DNA of 64,000 nucleotides, taken from the NCBI GenBank assembly GCA_965222375.1, contig CBDCTZ010000015.1:1536001-1600000 (forward strand). The letters are read 5' to 3'. Source of the stretch: Polyangiaceae bacterium (GTDB taxonomy: Bacteria; Myxococcota_A; Polyangia; Polyangiales; Polyangiaceae). Below the pieces are notes generated by a model. The model was not told the origin of the DNA, did not search any database, and worked only from the letters and a program-made list of their open reading frames with translations. Position numbers and translations under genes: made by a program. Below, one piece after another: positions 47,768 to 58,421 of this stretch (the stretch's first letter is position 1; each line of letters begins with the position of its first letter).

Positions 47768-48886
47768 TCAGAACATCGCGCCGGCTTCGAGCACGATCGT
47801 CCATTGGCGGTCTTCGCCTTTGAGATCTTCGCTGTCCGCGTCGGAATTCTGCGCGTCGGCGGGGTCGACGATGTCGGTGATGAATTGCCCGCCGAGCATG
47901 ACCATCTCGTAGTTGTAGTTCACGCCGATGAGCAGGCGCTGGCGCTCGAGGCGGACCTTGTTGAAGACGACGTTGTTGTTGAAATCGAGGGGCGAACCGC
48001 CGGCACACACCGGCTGGCCGTCGAACTGGCCTGCGGGCTTGTTGGGGTCTTGATTGCCCGGAACATTGGGGCCCGCAAAGTTGCAGTAGCCGACGGCATC
48101 GGTGCCTGGAGTCAGGTCGATGAGGCCGGAATCGCCGAACATCCACACATACTGATAGCCGATCCAGGGAGTAATCACGCTGGAATCGGCGACCGGGAGC
48201 GGCTTGGAGATCTGCGCATCCAAGGCGACCGTCGTGAGCTGGAACTGTGGAGTGCCGGTGATGGTGCGTACGCCGCCACCCACCGCAACGTCTGGAAGAA
48301 TGCCAGCAAGCCCGGTTCGAAAACCTTCGAGCAGAGACAGACGCACATCGGCGCCACCGGAGACGATGCTAGTCTGGGGCATGAAGCCCACTGCACCCGT
48401 GAGCTCGAGGCCGAAACCGAAGCTCTTGCGGATCTTGGCGGAGTAGAGCGCCAACAGCGAGGAGGGGCTTGTGTTTCGAACCGAGGCCAGGTTGCTCGAG
48501 GGGTCGATGCTGCCCTGCGTACCGTTCTTCCAGTACTCGGCGCCGTCATCGATCTTGGTGAACGCCGCCTCGAGGGACAAATGAAAGCCACCAAAGCCCG
48601 TGGTCCGAGCCGAATGCATCGCCGTGGGCGCAAGCGCGAAACCATACTGGTTGATCAGGCGCTTGAATGCGGCATGGTCTGGAGAGCACCACGCGCGCCC
48701 CGTATCGGCTTCGAGTGCAGCCAGGGTTGCGGGGTCATCCGCGTACGCGCCCGTGGGCGTACGGCAACGGCCATCCACCACCAACCGTTCGAGGGCTGGA
48801 TCCATGGGCTCGGCGCGCGCCGTAAGGGTCGCCGCGAACACCAATGTGCCAGCAGCGAATGCTGCAAAATGGGTCAAAAATCCCAC
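47768..48886 (-). CDS. Secreted, probable outer-membrane beta-barrel protein
   Basis: Signal peptide ending ARAE; amphipathic strands; terminal Phe (VLEAGAMF). Confidence 0.7.
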   Translation of the reverse strand: MGFLTHFAAFAAGTLVFAATLTARAEPMDPALERLVVDGRCRTPTGAYADDPATLAALEADTGRAWCSPDHAAFKRLINQYGFALAPTAMHSARTTGFGGFHLSLEAAFTKIDDGAEYWKNGTQGSIDPSSNLASVRNTSPSSLLALYSAKIRKSFGFGLELTGAVGFMPQTSIVSGGADVRLSLLEGFRTGLAGILPDVAVGGGVRTITGTPQFQLTTVALDAQISKPLPVADSSVITPWIGYQYVWMFGDSGLIDLTPGTDAVGYCNFAGPNVPGNQDPNKPAGQFDGQPVCAGGSPLDFNNNVVFNKVRLERQRLLIGVNYNYEMVMLGGQFITDIVDPADAQNSDADSEDLKGEDRQWTIVLEAGAMF

Positions 48887-49049
48887 GTATCCAACTCCGC
48901 TGGGCGAGGCTACTTGGCGGCCGGGAATTACGTCAAGCACACGAGTAAGAACATGAAAATCCCGGCTAAGAGTGCCCCTGTTCCGGACCCCCGGCCGGAG
49001 GCTCCGGGCGAAAACTGCGCGGATCGGGAGCCCGCAGTAGGCTCAAACC

Positions 49050-49589
49050 ATGCCGCCAGACCCCCCGAGATTGCAGGCCAAGGGCGCTGATCAGCCCTTT
49101 CACGTCGTGCTCGTCGAGCCCGAAATCCCACCGAACACGGGCAACATCGCACGGCTGTGTGGCGCGACGCGATGCCCCTTGCATCTGGTTGGCACTCTGG
49201 GGTTTCGCATCGACGAACACGCAGTCCGTCGCGCCGGACTCGACTACTGGCACTTGGTCGACGTTCGGACTCATTCGGACCTGCCCGCTGCCGAAGCGGA
49301 CATCGCGAACTCTGCAGGGGAGCGTCCTCCGCAAAGCTGGCTCTTCAGCGGCAAAGCGCAGCGCAGCTATTTGGACGCCGACTTTCGACTGGGCGACGCT
49401 CTGGTTTTCGGCAAGGAGAGCGTGGGGCTGTCAGGGCAGCTGCTCCAAGAGCGCGCGGCGTTCGTGGTTGGGATCCCAATGCCCGGCGCGGTGCGCTCGC
49501 TCAATCTCTCCAACGCTGTCGCCATCGGACTCTACGAAGCGTTGCGCCAGACCGAGCTGCTTCGCGTCACCAAGACTCGAACTACTTGA
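49050..49589 (+). CDS. trmL: tRNA (cytidine/uridine-34-2'-O)-methyltransferase
   Basis: VLVEPEIPPNTGNIARLC, RRAGLDYW, FGKESVGL, RSLNLSNAV. Confidence 0.95.
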   Translation: MPPDPPRLQAKGADQPFHVVLVEPEIPPNTGNIARLCGATRCPLHLVGTLGFRIDEHAVRRAGLDYWHLVDVRTHSDLPAAEADIANSAGERPPQSWLFSGKAQRSYLDADFRLGDALVFGKESVGLSGQLLQERAAFVVGIPMPGAVRSLNLSNAVAIGLYEALRQTELLRVTKTRTT

Positions 49590-49604
49590 CCCCCGGCCAA
49601 GGGG

Positions 49605-51275
49605 TCAACGAATGTGAACGCGGGGGCTGGCTCCCGTGAAGTCCGCGTGCACCGTCCTCGTCTGCCCCGGCGCAAGCTTGACCTGTGCCGGCACGCGCTC
49701 GTCCAACACGGTGCTCTTGAATTGGACGAAGTGGCTGCCCGCTGGCAGTTCCATACCCATGACGGGAGTCGTCTGGGAGCGCCCCGCGACCGTGACCGTT
49801 GCTGGCGGAGTCGAGGTCAGGTTCAGGTAGGCCCGCCCAACGGGCGCAGCGCTGCCACTTGGCGCAACGGGTAGGCCAGGGTTGGGAGTTGGGGGCCTTT
49901 TTGTGGGTTTGGGGGCTGGGGCGCTGACTGGCGCCTTGGGCACGGAGGCGGGGGCCTTTGGGACGTTGACCTTTTCGCTAGTCACGGCGGCGGCGTCAGG
50001 GGCCGCCGTTGCCGGAATCGTGGTCTGGGTTGCGGGACCCCGAAGAGCGATCACCCCGACCACTGCCGCGCCAATGGCACCCATCACGGCGAACCGGCCG
50101 AGGTTGCTAAATCGCTGCGGACTCGGTCCGCGCTGACTGGATGTCGTCGGCGAGGTCACGTCTGTATCCGAAGCACGCTCCGCGTCGTCAGCGCGTTCCG
50201 CGTCGTCGACGCCCTCCGCGTCGTCCTCCTTCGGCGGCGGAATACTCGGAAGCTTGCGCGTCCACTCGACCATTTCGTCGCGGGCAGCGAAGGTGCGAGT
50301 CACTTCAACGCCCATGTCTGCGGTTGGGGTCTGCTCCTGTGCTGTCGCGATCTGGCTCGATGTGATGGCCTCGTCGATGGAGGGCTGCGAGACGCGCTGC
50401 TGCCGACGCACGCTTCGCACGCGGGCACCTAGGCGCCGAGATAGATCTCCAAGATCACTGGTTTTTACGAAGTCTCGCAACGGGCGCGCCAGAGCCTCGG
50501 CACTCTCTGGGCGTTCTTCCGCCTCGAGGGATAACGCGCCTGCGATCAATTCCGCCACGGGCTCGAGCTCTTCGTCGTGTTCTGCGAGGAAAGGAACGGG
50601 CTTGTCCAAAGCCTCCAAACAGGCCTCTGGGGTCGCACGACGGAAGGGCGGCTTGTCGGTCCAAGCCTCGACGAGCAAGACGGCGACAGCGAAAACGTCG
50701 CTGGCGGGCGTGAGCGTGCCTCCGTGCACTTGTTCCGGGGGCATGTGTCCCGGTGAACCGAACAACTCCGGTTGCACCGCTCCGTCGATGGTCACCGGCG
50801 CCGCGATACCGAAGTCGATCAGGCGCACGGCGCCCTCTTCGTCGATCATCACGTTTCGAGGCGTGACATCCCGATGCACGATCTCCGCCTTGCGGTGAGC
50901 GTAGTCCAGAGCGCGGCATATCTCGACGCCGACGTAGGCCCCTTCATCCGGGCTGAGTTTGCCGGTTGCGCGCAGCAGCTCCGAAAGGGTCACGCCTTCG
51001 CAGAGCTCCATGGCGATGTAGTAGATGCCTTGCTCGACACCGAGCTCGTAGACAGGCACGATGTTTGGGTGCCCCAGCTCGACGGCCGTCTTCGCTTCCT
51101 CGATGAATCGCCGAACGAACGCGTCGTCCGAGGCCAGCTCGGGGCGGATCTGTTTCACGACCAGTCGCTTTTCGAAGCCGACGGCGCCACGTAGAGTAGC
51201 CAGGTAGACCCGCGCCATGCCCCCGCCCGCCATCTCGCGCTCGAGCACGTACTTGCCGAAAATCTGGGGGAACAT
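49605..51275 (-). CDS. Membrane-anchored Ser/Thr protein kinase with PEGA-like tail
   Basis: GGMARVY, VVKQI, HRDVTPRN, DFG, MPPEQ; TM segment; Pro-rich linker. Confidence 0.93.
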   Translation of the reverse strand: MFPQIFGKYVLEREMAGGGMARVYLATLRGAVGFEKRLVVKQIRPELASDDAFVRRFIEEAKTAVELGHPNIVPVYELGVEQGIYYIAMELCEGVTLSELLRATGKLSPDEGAYVGVEICRALDYAHRKAEIVHRDVTPRNVMIDEEGAVRLIDFGIAAPVTIDGAVQPELFGSPGHMPPEQVHGGTLTPASDVFAVAVLLVEAWTDKPPFRRATPEACLEALDKPVPFLAEHDEELEPVAELIAGALSLEAEERPESAEALARPLRDFVKTSDLGDLSRRLGARVRSVRRQQRVSQPSIDEAITSSQIATAQEQTPTADMGVEVTRTFAARDEMVEWTRKLPSIPPPKEDDAEGVDDAERADDAERASDTDVTSPTTSSQRGPSPQRFSNLGRFAVMGAIGAAVVGVIALRGPATQTTIPATAAPDAAAVTSEKVNVPKAPASVPKAPVSAPAPKPTKRPPTPNPGLPVAPSGSAAPVGRAYLNLTSTPPATVTVAGRSQTTPVMGMELPAGSHFVQFKSTVLDERVPAQVKLAPGQTRTVHADFTGASPRVHIR

Positions 51276-53127
51276 GCGCTCTTGGCATGTTAGCGTCCCT
51301 CTGAGTCTGTTGCTCGTTTGTGGCTGCACCCCCGAGCCCGAACCCGACGAAGTACGGCCAATTGTCGCCCATCTTGCTCCTGGCTGCGCCGAAAGTGCCG
51401 AGTCTCTGACGGTCCAGCTCAACGCCCTTGGGGACTTCGACGCATCCAACCTGACGAGCGAAGCCCTCCCGGGCTCATCCCGAGGCGTCGAGATTTCCTT
51501 CCCCGAGGCGACGCGTGCCGTCGAGGCCGTCGCGGAGGGCTCTCGGGGGCGCTTTTTGGGCCTCGCCCACGCGGACGCGACGGGTCGTTTCGACGTGCTG
51601 CTTTGGGGCGACACGGAAGAGTGCCGATTGTGGGATCCGAACTCAGCTCCGGCGGCTCCCTATCCGGGGGCCACGGGAGGAGAAGCTTTCGGCAAAAGCG
51701 AAGACGGTCGCTACGCGTTGGTAGCGGGTGGGCTGACGGAGGCCACCGGCGAAGCCAGCCGCGCGTTGCTCATGAGGCTGGACACGGGCAAGATCGAAGA
51801 GGTCCAGGACGGCATGTTGCCGGGCCGTGCTTTTGCGACCGTCACACAGTTCGGCGATGACGCTCTACTGGTCGCGGGCGGCTCAGACCCCGGCCTGAGT
51901 GGCGGAGATCTAGGTCGATCGCCTCCCATCGGTACCGCGATCGTGCTCTCGCTCGCGAAGCGGCGCTTCGAGCGCGACGCTTTGATCCCCCTGTCAGCGC
52001 CACGCACGCGACACGGTGGCGTCGTTCTGTCGGACGGGAACACGCTCCTGGTCGGAGGCATCGGGTCCACAGGCGTTCCGCTCAACAGCCTGGAAATCGT
52101 CTCGCCTGCCGATCGCACCGTGCGCATCGGCAACCTTGCCAGCCTGAAGCGTTGGCGAGCATCGCCATTCGTCACGAAGCTCACAGACCAGCGGGTTTTC
52201 GTCGCGGGTGGTAAGGACTTCACCGGAGACACGGAAGCGTCCATCGAGTGGATATCTGCGGACGCCGCCAACCACGTCGGATTGCGCGAGGATCTCGCAT
52301 TTGCTCCGCGCCAAGCCTTCGCGCCGCTCCCGGGTGGCGCGGTGCTAGCGGTGGGTGTCTGCGTGCCCAGCCAGGCGAACTGCTCGCAGCCGGAAGGGGC
52401 TGTCACGTTTCTGCGCGCGGACGGTTCCGCCGACGCATTGACCCCGCTGACCGGCAGCACCGAAAACCCGGTACTGCTCCCAGCGTCGGATGGCGCTCCT
52501 TGGCTTGCCGCAGGCAGCGGCGACCCACGCGTGATGAAGCGCTACGATCCTTGGAGTGGGATGTTCGTTCAGCCAGCCGATCGCCCCACTCGAGTCCCGG
52601 ACGGTGACCTGCCCGCGCTCGCCTTCGATGCGGGTAGTTTCGGTTTCCTCGCCAAGTCGGGCAATCATGCTGAAATCCTTGGCTTTCGCCACGGCACTCG
52701 CAGCATCTACGCTCAGGCCGCCGCGCCCCTCTTGGTGGGCAGTGCAGATCATCTGGTGCCAGACCGCGCGCCGGGCGGAGAAGTGCGCTTCGATGCCATG
52801 GGTTTGCATTTGGAAGGTGGAAGCGCGACTGCTCACCTGGCCGACGCCGAGTTCACGGATGTTCAGATCGATCTCGAACTCACCTCCGGCGAGCCTCCGA
52901 TCTTGGTGTTGGGAGATGTGAGAGTCGGCACGCCGGCGTGTCCGTGGCCCGAAGGTGAGGTTGCGATTCAACTTCGCGTGACGCGCTCAAAGAGTAGTCT
53001 AACGGTCCGACGCGGCGACTCAGAAACCAAGTGCGAGGGACCCAAGGGCCGCGTGCCCGCGGCTCTGCGAGCTTCGGGTGGCGCTAGCGTGATCCGGAGT
53101 TTGGCCCTCCATCGCACACTGCCCTGA
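51274..53127 (+). CDS. Kelch-repeat lipoprotein
   Basis: MRSWHVSVPLSLLLVCGC lipobox; repeated LVAGG/LLVGG/VFVAGG strands. Confidence 0.8.
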   Translation: MRSWHVSVPLSLLLVCGCTPEPEPDEVRPIVAHLAPGCAESAESLTVQLNALGDFDASNLTSEALPGSSRGVEISFPEATRAVEAVAEGSRGRFLGLAHADATGRFDVLLWGDTEECRLWDPNSAPAAPYPGATGGEAFGKSEDGRYALVAGGLTEATGEASRALLMRLDTGKIEEVQDGMLPGRAFATVTQFGDDALLVAGGSDPGLSGGDLGRSPPIGTAIVLSLAKRRFERDALIPLSAPRTRHGGVVLSDGNTLLVGGIGSTGVPLNSLEIVSPADRTVRIGNLASLKRWRASPFVTKLTDQRVFVAGGKDFTGDTEASIEWISADAANHVGLREDLAFAPRQAFAPLPGGAVLAVGVCVPSQANCSQPEGAVTFLRADGSADALTPLTGSTENPVLLPASDGAPWLAAGSGDPRVMKRYDPWSGMFVQPADRPTRVPDGDLPALAFDAGSFGFLAKSGNHAEILGFRHGTRSIYAQAAAPLLVGSADHLVPDRAPGGEVRFDAMGLHLEGGSATAHLADAEFTDVQIDLELTSGEPPILVLGDVRVGTPACPWPEGEVAIQLRVTRSKSSLTVRRGDSETKCEGPKGRVPAALRASGGASVIRSLALHRTLP

Positions 53128-53134
53128 TCGGCGT

Positions 53135-55360
53135 TCAGCGCTTGAACAACTTGCCGAACAAGCCACCTGGGCGCTTGGTGTCACCCTTCTTGCCACGGGT
53201 GCTGCCGGGCGCCAGGGACGGTGCCTTCGATCCCCGGCGCATTCGGTACAGCCGTAGTTCCCGCACCGCGTCCAGGTTGTTGGGATTCTGCTCGGCCACC
53301 CAGCGGAAATCCCGAATCGCAACGTCCATTCGGTTCATCCGCTTGTAGATCCGGGCCCGCGCAAAGCGCGCGCGTTCGTTTTGGGGCTCGCGTCGGATTG
53401 CACCATCCAGAAGAGCAATCAAGTCGTCCATCCGACCGTCGCCTCTCCGCTCGGACGCTATGGTTGCGTACAAGGCGACGTAGTCGGCTTGTTCCGGATC
53501 GTCCTCCATGGCGCGGCGCGCGCAAAGCTCCGCGGACTCGAGACTGCGCTTCTTGTGGAGGACTTCAGCCTTTTGGTACTCGGTGACCGCGCGCATCACT
53601 CTTTGAACCGCCTCTTGGTCCTCCGCGGAGCCCCCACCGGATTTCACGACTTCGTCGTACTGCTGGCGACGATCTGGATCGGCCAGCGTTTGGTGCGACT
53701 CGCTCATGCGCGAGAACACGCTCACGGCCAAGTCCTTCACTTCGGCGAACTCTGGGCCAAGACGGTCCGGATGCCACTTCTTCGCAAGCGCGAAGAAGGC
53801 GGCGCTGATGTCCGCGGCCGCCGCGTGCTGTTCCACCCCGAGGATTTGGTAGTAGTTCTTGGAGCTGATGCTGTCCGCCACGGCGCGGATTTCTTCGATG
53901 AACGCGGCATCCTCCGGCGACGCCGGCGGGGGTGGCTGGGGCGGCGCGGTCACCGCTGGGGGCGCAGACGCGAGTGGACGGGCAGCCGTGGATGGACGTT
54001 TGGCGATGGCTGGCGGCGCAGCCGTGGATGCACGCACGGCCGCCGGCTGTTGCGGCATGGGCGCGGGTGCCGAGGGCAGGGCCCTGGCCGGCGTCGAAGG
54101 CTGGGGCTTGGGAGCCGCGCTCGGAGACGACACAGGCTTGACCACCACAACCGGCGGTGCACGACGAGGTGCGACGTCGGGAGTTTCTGAGCGTAGGGTA
54201 CGCGATTGGGTCTCGACGCTCGGCGGCGATGAGTCCCCCGGGCGCGGCACTGACTCCGCGCCTGCCACCGGCGGCAACGGCTGCAGCGGGCGCGCTCCCT
54301 TGCGAGTCACGGCCGCGTCGGAAGCTGGGACCTCCGGAGCATGGCGAATCGCTGGGGCGAGCGGCTGCGACACCTGCCGGACCGAGGAGGGTGGGTCGCT
54401 GAGCTTCGCGGGCTTCCGCGTGGAGGCGGGGATTGGGGATGGTTTGGAGCGGTGTAGGGGCGCCACGGCCGCGGCAGGCGCCGCCGAATTGGCCCCCACT
54501 CCCGCGGGCACGTTGAAAGACGGCGGGGTTGCGTCGTCATCCGTGGGCGCAGAGTTCGGGGGGCCATAGGTACTGGGCCGCGGGGAGGCATCGTCGGGTG
54601 CGGCGACGCCGGCGGGAGTGGCGTGAGCGCCCAGGTCCAGGCTGCGTGTCAACGCCAGGGCGTAGACCAGCCGCTTGATGGTGGGCTCATCTTCCACCTT
54701 CGAGGCGATCAGATCGTCGAGCTTCTGCGGCTTCGCGCGGATCAGATCCAGTACGCTCCATTCGCGACTGGAAAAGCAAAAGCGCGATAGCTGCGCAGCG
54801 GGGTGAAGGCGCAGCGGTTTCTTCGAAACTCGACGTACGGTTTGTTCGATGCGCCTCGTGTTTTCGTGCCCACGGATGCCTCGCCAGATGAGAGCGAGAG
54901 GCTCGACCACGATGACCTCCGGCCCGCCCCATTTCTCCAGGAAGTTCACTCCATCGTAAAAGCCATACACACTGGGCGGGGGCAGTTCGAAAAGCGAAAG
55001 CACCTTCCGCACTGTCTGTTCCCGCAACGCGTCCAAGAGCATGATCTCATCGATGGCCTTGTCTTCGATCAGGATCTGACCATGAAGACGCCGCTCTTTG
55101 GCACAGCGCGCCAAGGACGAATTCAGCGTCGCGTCATCAATGGATCCGAGTTCCAGCAAAAGCCGGCCCAAATGGATCACCGGGTCATGGGTTTTGGCCT
55201 TCGTCGGCGCGCCGTCCACGAGCTGCACCGCACTGCGCCCGCCTTCGGAAGACTCGAACACCATCGTGCCGGTCAACGCCTTGTCCAATGCGTACACGAG
55301 CAGGCTCGCCATGGGCGTGGCCTTTAACGTGCCACTTGCTGTCGGCTTCAACTTGGACAT
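53135..55360 (-). CDS. J-domain protein with DUF4388-like N-terminus, Pro/Ala linker and TPR
   Basis: NYYQILGV...LAKKWHPD...RRQQYD; LTGTMVF...LGRLLLELG. Confidence 0.9.
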   Translation of the reverse strand: MSKLKPTASGTLKATPMASLLVYALDKALTGTMVFESSEGGRSAVQLVDGAPTKAKTHDPVIHLGRLLLELGSIDDATLNSSLARCAKERRLHGQILIEDKAIDEIMLLDALREQTVRKVLSLFELPPPSVYGFYDGVNFLEKWGGPEVIVVEPLALIWRGIRGHENTRRIEQTVRRVSKKPLRLHPAAQLSRFCFSSREWSVLDLIRAKPQKLDDLIASKVEDEPTIKRLVYALALTRSLDLGAHATPAGVAAPDDASPRPSTYGPPNSAPTDDDATPPSFNVPAGVGANSAAPAAAVAPLHRSKPSPIPASTRKPAKLSDPPSSVRQVSQPLAPAIRHAPEVPASDAAVTRKGARPLQPLPPVAGAESVPRPGDSSPPSVETQSRTLRSETPDVAPRRAPPVVVVKPVSSPSAAPKPQPSTPARALPSAPAPMPQQPAAVRASTAAPPAIAKRPSTAARPLASAPPAVTAPPQPPPPASPEDAAFIEEIRAVADSISSKNYYQILGVEQHAAAADISAAFFALAKKWHPDRLGPEFAEVKDLAVSVFSRMSESHQTLADPDRRQQYDEVVKSGGGSAEDQEAVQRVMRAVTEYQKAEVLHKKRSLESAELCARRAMEDDPEQADYVALYATIASERRGDGRMDDLIALLDGAIRREPQNERARFARARIYKRMNRMDVAIRDFRWVAEQNPNNLDAVRELRLYRMRRGSKAPSLAPGSTRGKKGDTKRPGGLFGKLFKR

Positions 55361-55523
55361 GGGGGGGACCCGTTAGCCTAGTAGAACGTCTCGCACGCTG
55401 CTACCGCGCGGCAACCTCAGCGGGAAATTGCGGCGGGTTACTCGGATCGCCGCGGGCCGATCCAGGCTTCGCCCCTGGAAGCCGGGCGTGGCGCGGCCGA
55501 GGGGATCAGGTTAGCTTGCGGCC

Positions 55524-56891
55524 ATGCGCGGTCGCGTTCTCGTAGTGGACGATGAGCCATCGATACTGAGCACGCTGAAGAAGGCGTTGAGTCTCGAGGG
55601 CTATACGGTGGATGTAGCGGGCGGTGTCGCCCTGGCGGAAGAGCGCTTGGCCGCTCGGGGCTACGACGTATTGCTACTCGACGTCGCACTTCCAGACGGA
55701 AACGGGGTGGAGCTACTCGAGAAGCTCCGGGCCGCCGGCAACGACGCTCAAGTCATCATGATGAGCGGACATGGCACCGTGGACGTGGCGGTACGTGCAA
55801 CTCGCCTGGGGGCCTTGGACTTCCTCGAGAAACCCGTCTCTACGGATCGACTGATCGTACTGCTCGAAAACACGCTCCGGTTGATCCGCGCCGAGGAAAC
55901 GGCCGAGGAGCTACGCGCTGAGGCCGGACACTTCGACGAACTCGTCGGCGAAAGCCGAAGCATGAAAGAGCTGGCCGATCAGGTGGGTCGCGCGGCGCGA
56001 GCGAACGCACCTGTGCTGATAACCGGAGAGCGCGGGACGGGCAAAGAGCTGGTGGCTCGGGCCATCCACCGCGCGTCGCCCCGCGCCAAGGGCCCACTGG
56101 AGAAGTTGAACTGCGCAGCGGTACCCCGAGAGCTGATCGAAAGTGAGCTTTTTGGCCACGAGGCAGGCGCTTTCACGGGTGCTACCCGCAAGAGGCGTGG
56201 GAAGTTCGAACGCGCCCATGGCGGCACACTTTTTCTGGACGAGGTCGGCGACATGCCCCTCGACATGCAAGCAAAACTGCTCAGGGTTTTGCAGGAGCAA
56301 GAGATCGAGCGGGTGGGTGGAAGCGAGACTATCCAGGTGGACGTTCGAGTCGTAGCCGCAACCAACCAGGATCTCGTGCGAGCTTGCGAGTCGGGACAAT
56401 TCCGGCCCGACCTGTTCGACCGATTGAACGTGGTCCCACTGGAGTTGCCTCCTCTTCGCGCGCGCCGAGACGACATTCCGCGCCTGGCATTGCACTTCCT
56501 CGAGCTTGCCGCTCGCAGCAATGCCCGACCCGGCGTCACGCTCACGGAGGAAGCCCTGAGCGTTCTTTCTGCCCACTCGTTCCCAGGCAACGTGCGTGAA
56601 CTCCGCAACTTGATTGAACGCCTCGTCATCCTTTCGCCGGACGAGACGATCACGGCGGAAGACGCGCGGCGCACGTTGGGCATGTCGGGAGCTCCGTCGG
56701 TCGCCGGGCTGTATCGCCCGGGCGTGCCCTTCAAGGTACTGGTCGAAGAAGCGGAGCGCGCGATTTTGGAGGAGGCCATGGCACACAACGGCGGCCAGAT
56801 GGCCGCCACCGCGCGGGCTCTCGGCTTGGAGCGATCGCATCTGTACAAGAAGGCTCGCGCCCTCGGCCTGCGGGGCAACGACGACAGCTGA
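55524..56891 (+). CDS. Sigma-54-dependent response regulator (NtrC/NtrX family)
   Basis: VLVVDDE receiver; GERGTGKE; GAFTGA; FLDEVGD; FPGNVREL; Fis HTH. Confidence 0.96.
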   Translation: MRGRVLVVDDEPSILSTLKKALSLEGYTVDVAGGVALAEERLAARGYDVLLLDVALPDGNGVELLEKLRAAGNDAQVIMMSGHGTVDVAVRATRLGALDFLEKPVSTDRLIVLLENTLRLIRAEETAEELRAEAGHFDELVGESRSMKELADQVGRAARANAPVLITGERGTGKELVARAIHRASPRAKGPLEKLNCAAVPRELIESELFGHEAGAFTGATRKRRGKFERAHGGTLFLDEVGDMPLDMQAKLLRVLQEQEIERVGGSETIQVDVRVVAATNQDLVRACESGQFRPDLFDRLNVVPLELPPLRARRDDIPRLALHFLELAARSNARPGVTLTEEALSVLSAHSFPGNVRELRNLIERLVILSPDETITAEDARRTLGMSGAPSVAGLYRPGVPFKVLVEEAERAILEEAMAHNGGQMAATARALGLERSHLYKKARALGLRGNDDS

Positions 56892-56952
56892 ACGCCCGTT
56901 CAAAACTGCCGACCTTTCGGCCGCGATGCAGCAAAGGGGTTAAGCTTTCGAG

Positions 56953-57879
56953 GTGAAACGTCGCGGCCTAGTGGTGCTCTTCGCGTTGTTTGCATTCGGT
57001 GTGGCGTGTGCGCCGGGTTGCGGCTCCCGCGTCGGACTGAAAGATCTCGAAGGCAGCGCGGGACAAGGCGGCGGCGCAGGTGGCGATGCTGGCAGCGTCG
57101 GCTGTGGCAATGGCACCTGCGCCGGTGGCGAAAACTGCGCCACGTGCCCCCAAGACTGCGGGCTCTGCGACACATGCCAGGATGGCACTTGCCAGCCGAG
57201 CGAGACTTGCGCGTCTTGCCCGGACGACTGCGGGCTGTGTCAAAGCTGTGGTGACGGGGACTGCGGCGGCGGCGAATCGTGCTTTTCGTGCCCGGGCGAC
57301 TGCGGCAGCTGCGTCACCTGCGGCGACGGCCTATGTGACGAGCAACAGGAGACCTGCCTGACTTGCGCGCCCGATTGTGGTGCCTGCAAGAACTGCGGCG
57401 ATGGTTCCTGCTCCGCCGCGGGCGGGGAAACGTGTTTCACGTGTCCCGACGATTGTGGGATCTGCCCTGGCTGCGGTGATGGTGAGTGCAAAGGCACGGA
57501 GACGTGTGCATCTTGCTCCAAAGATTGCGGCGTTTGTTCAGTCTGTGGCAACGACAAATGCGAGGCGAGTCAATTCGAGACCTGCACCAATTGTCCGAAG
57601 GACTGCGGCGAGTGCACGCTGAAGAACTGCTTCCAGATCGTGACCTGTGCTCTGGGCTGCATCGACCTCGACAAGGACCCGGTCGAATTCAGCGTGAGCT
57701 GCGTCGCCAACTGCGTCTCCCAAGGCTGCGCCGATGTGCAGTTCTTCGTCGACGAGGCACTCACTTGCGCCTTCCTCAACTTGGATGAACTGTCGAACTG
57801 CAGCAGCAATCCGTTCACGTGCCTGCAGAACTCGGCCTGTGGCCCCCAGCTGACCGCCTGCCTCGGCGCCACCTGCTGA
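56953..57879 (+). CDS. Cys-rich repeat lipoprotein
   Basis: Seven CGDGxC...E(T/N/S)CxxCPxDCG-type units. Confidence 0.85.
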   Translation: MKRRGLVVLFALFAFGVACAPGCGSRVGLKDLEGSAGQGGGAGGDAGSVGCGNGTCAGGENCATCPQDCGLCDTCQDGTCQPSETCASCPDDCGLCQSCGDGDCGGGESCFSCPGDCGSCVTCGDGLCDEQQETCLTCAPDCGACKNCGDGSCSAAGGETCFTCPDDCGICPGCGDGECKGTETCASCSKDCGVCSVCGNDKCEASQFETCTNCPKDCGECTLKNCFQIVTCALGCIDLDKDPVEFSVSCVANCVSQGCADVQFFVDEALTCAFLNLDELSNCSSNPFTCLQNSACGPQLTACLGATC

Positions 57880-57916
57880 GCTCTCGCGAAGGTCCTCGGT
57901 CAGAACCTGGCAAGCG

Positions 57917-58378
57917 CTACTGCTGCTCGTGCCAGGCGCGGGTCTCAGGCGTCAGCCAGTACAGAAGCAGCGGGATCGCCAGAAACCAGCAGCCACCACA
58001 CATGAACGCCATGCCGCAAACAACGAAACCGTAGACGTAGCCCCAGGGACGTCGGGGCGCGACCACACCGATGACGTGCACAGCCGCAAACGGCACGGCG
58101 TAGACCAGCAAGAGCGCACCAATGAACCACAACGGAGGGTCATCCGGAGCGGCGCGGAGGTTCGGGTCGATCGCGGCAGAAGCGACCAAGCCCCAACCCA
58201 TCAAGCAGAGCCCACCGAAGAAGAGCAGCTGAGCGGCACAGAATCCCTGGAGCCAAAGCACAGCCTGTCGCTGGTTTTTGGCCGCTAGTAGCCCAGGGTC
58301 CTGCATCGGCGGCCAGGGCGGCGGTGAGAACCCCGCGCCGGGCGGCGGCACGAATCGGTGGTTATCCGGTTGCTCCAT
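57917..58378 (-). CDS. Membrane protein with Pro-rich N-terminus
   Basis: 3-4 hydrophobic segments. Confidence 0.7.
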   Translation of the reverse strand: MEQPDNHRFVPPPGAGFSPPPWPPMQDPGLLAAKNQRQAVLWLQGFCAAQLLFFGGLCLMGWGLVASAAIDPNLRAAPDDPPLWFIGALLLVYAVPFAAVHVIGVVAPRRPWGYVYGFVVCGMAFMCGGCWFLAIPLLLYWLTPETRAWHEQQ

Positions 58379-58421
58379 CCCTGTCGGCGGCTCTGGCCGC
58401 GCGCCCTCTCGCGAGGAGCGC

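Noticed and set aside
55524..56891. Orphan response regulator as a novelty
   Set aside because: Orphan sigma-54 activators are common in myxobacteria.
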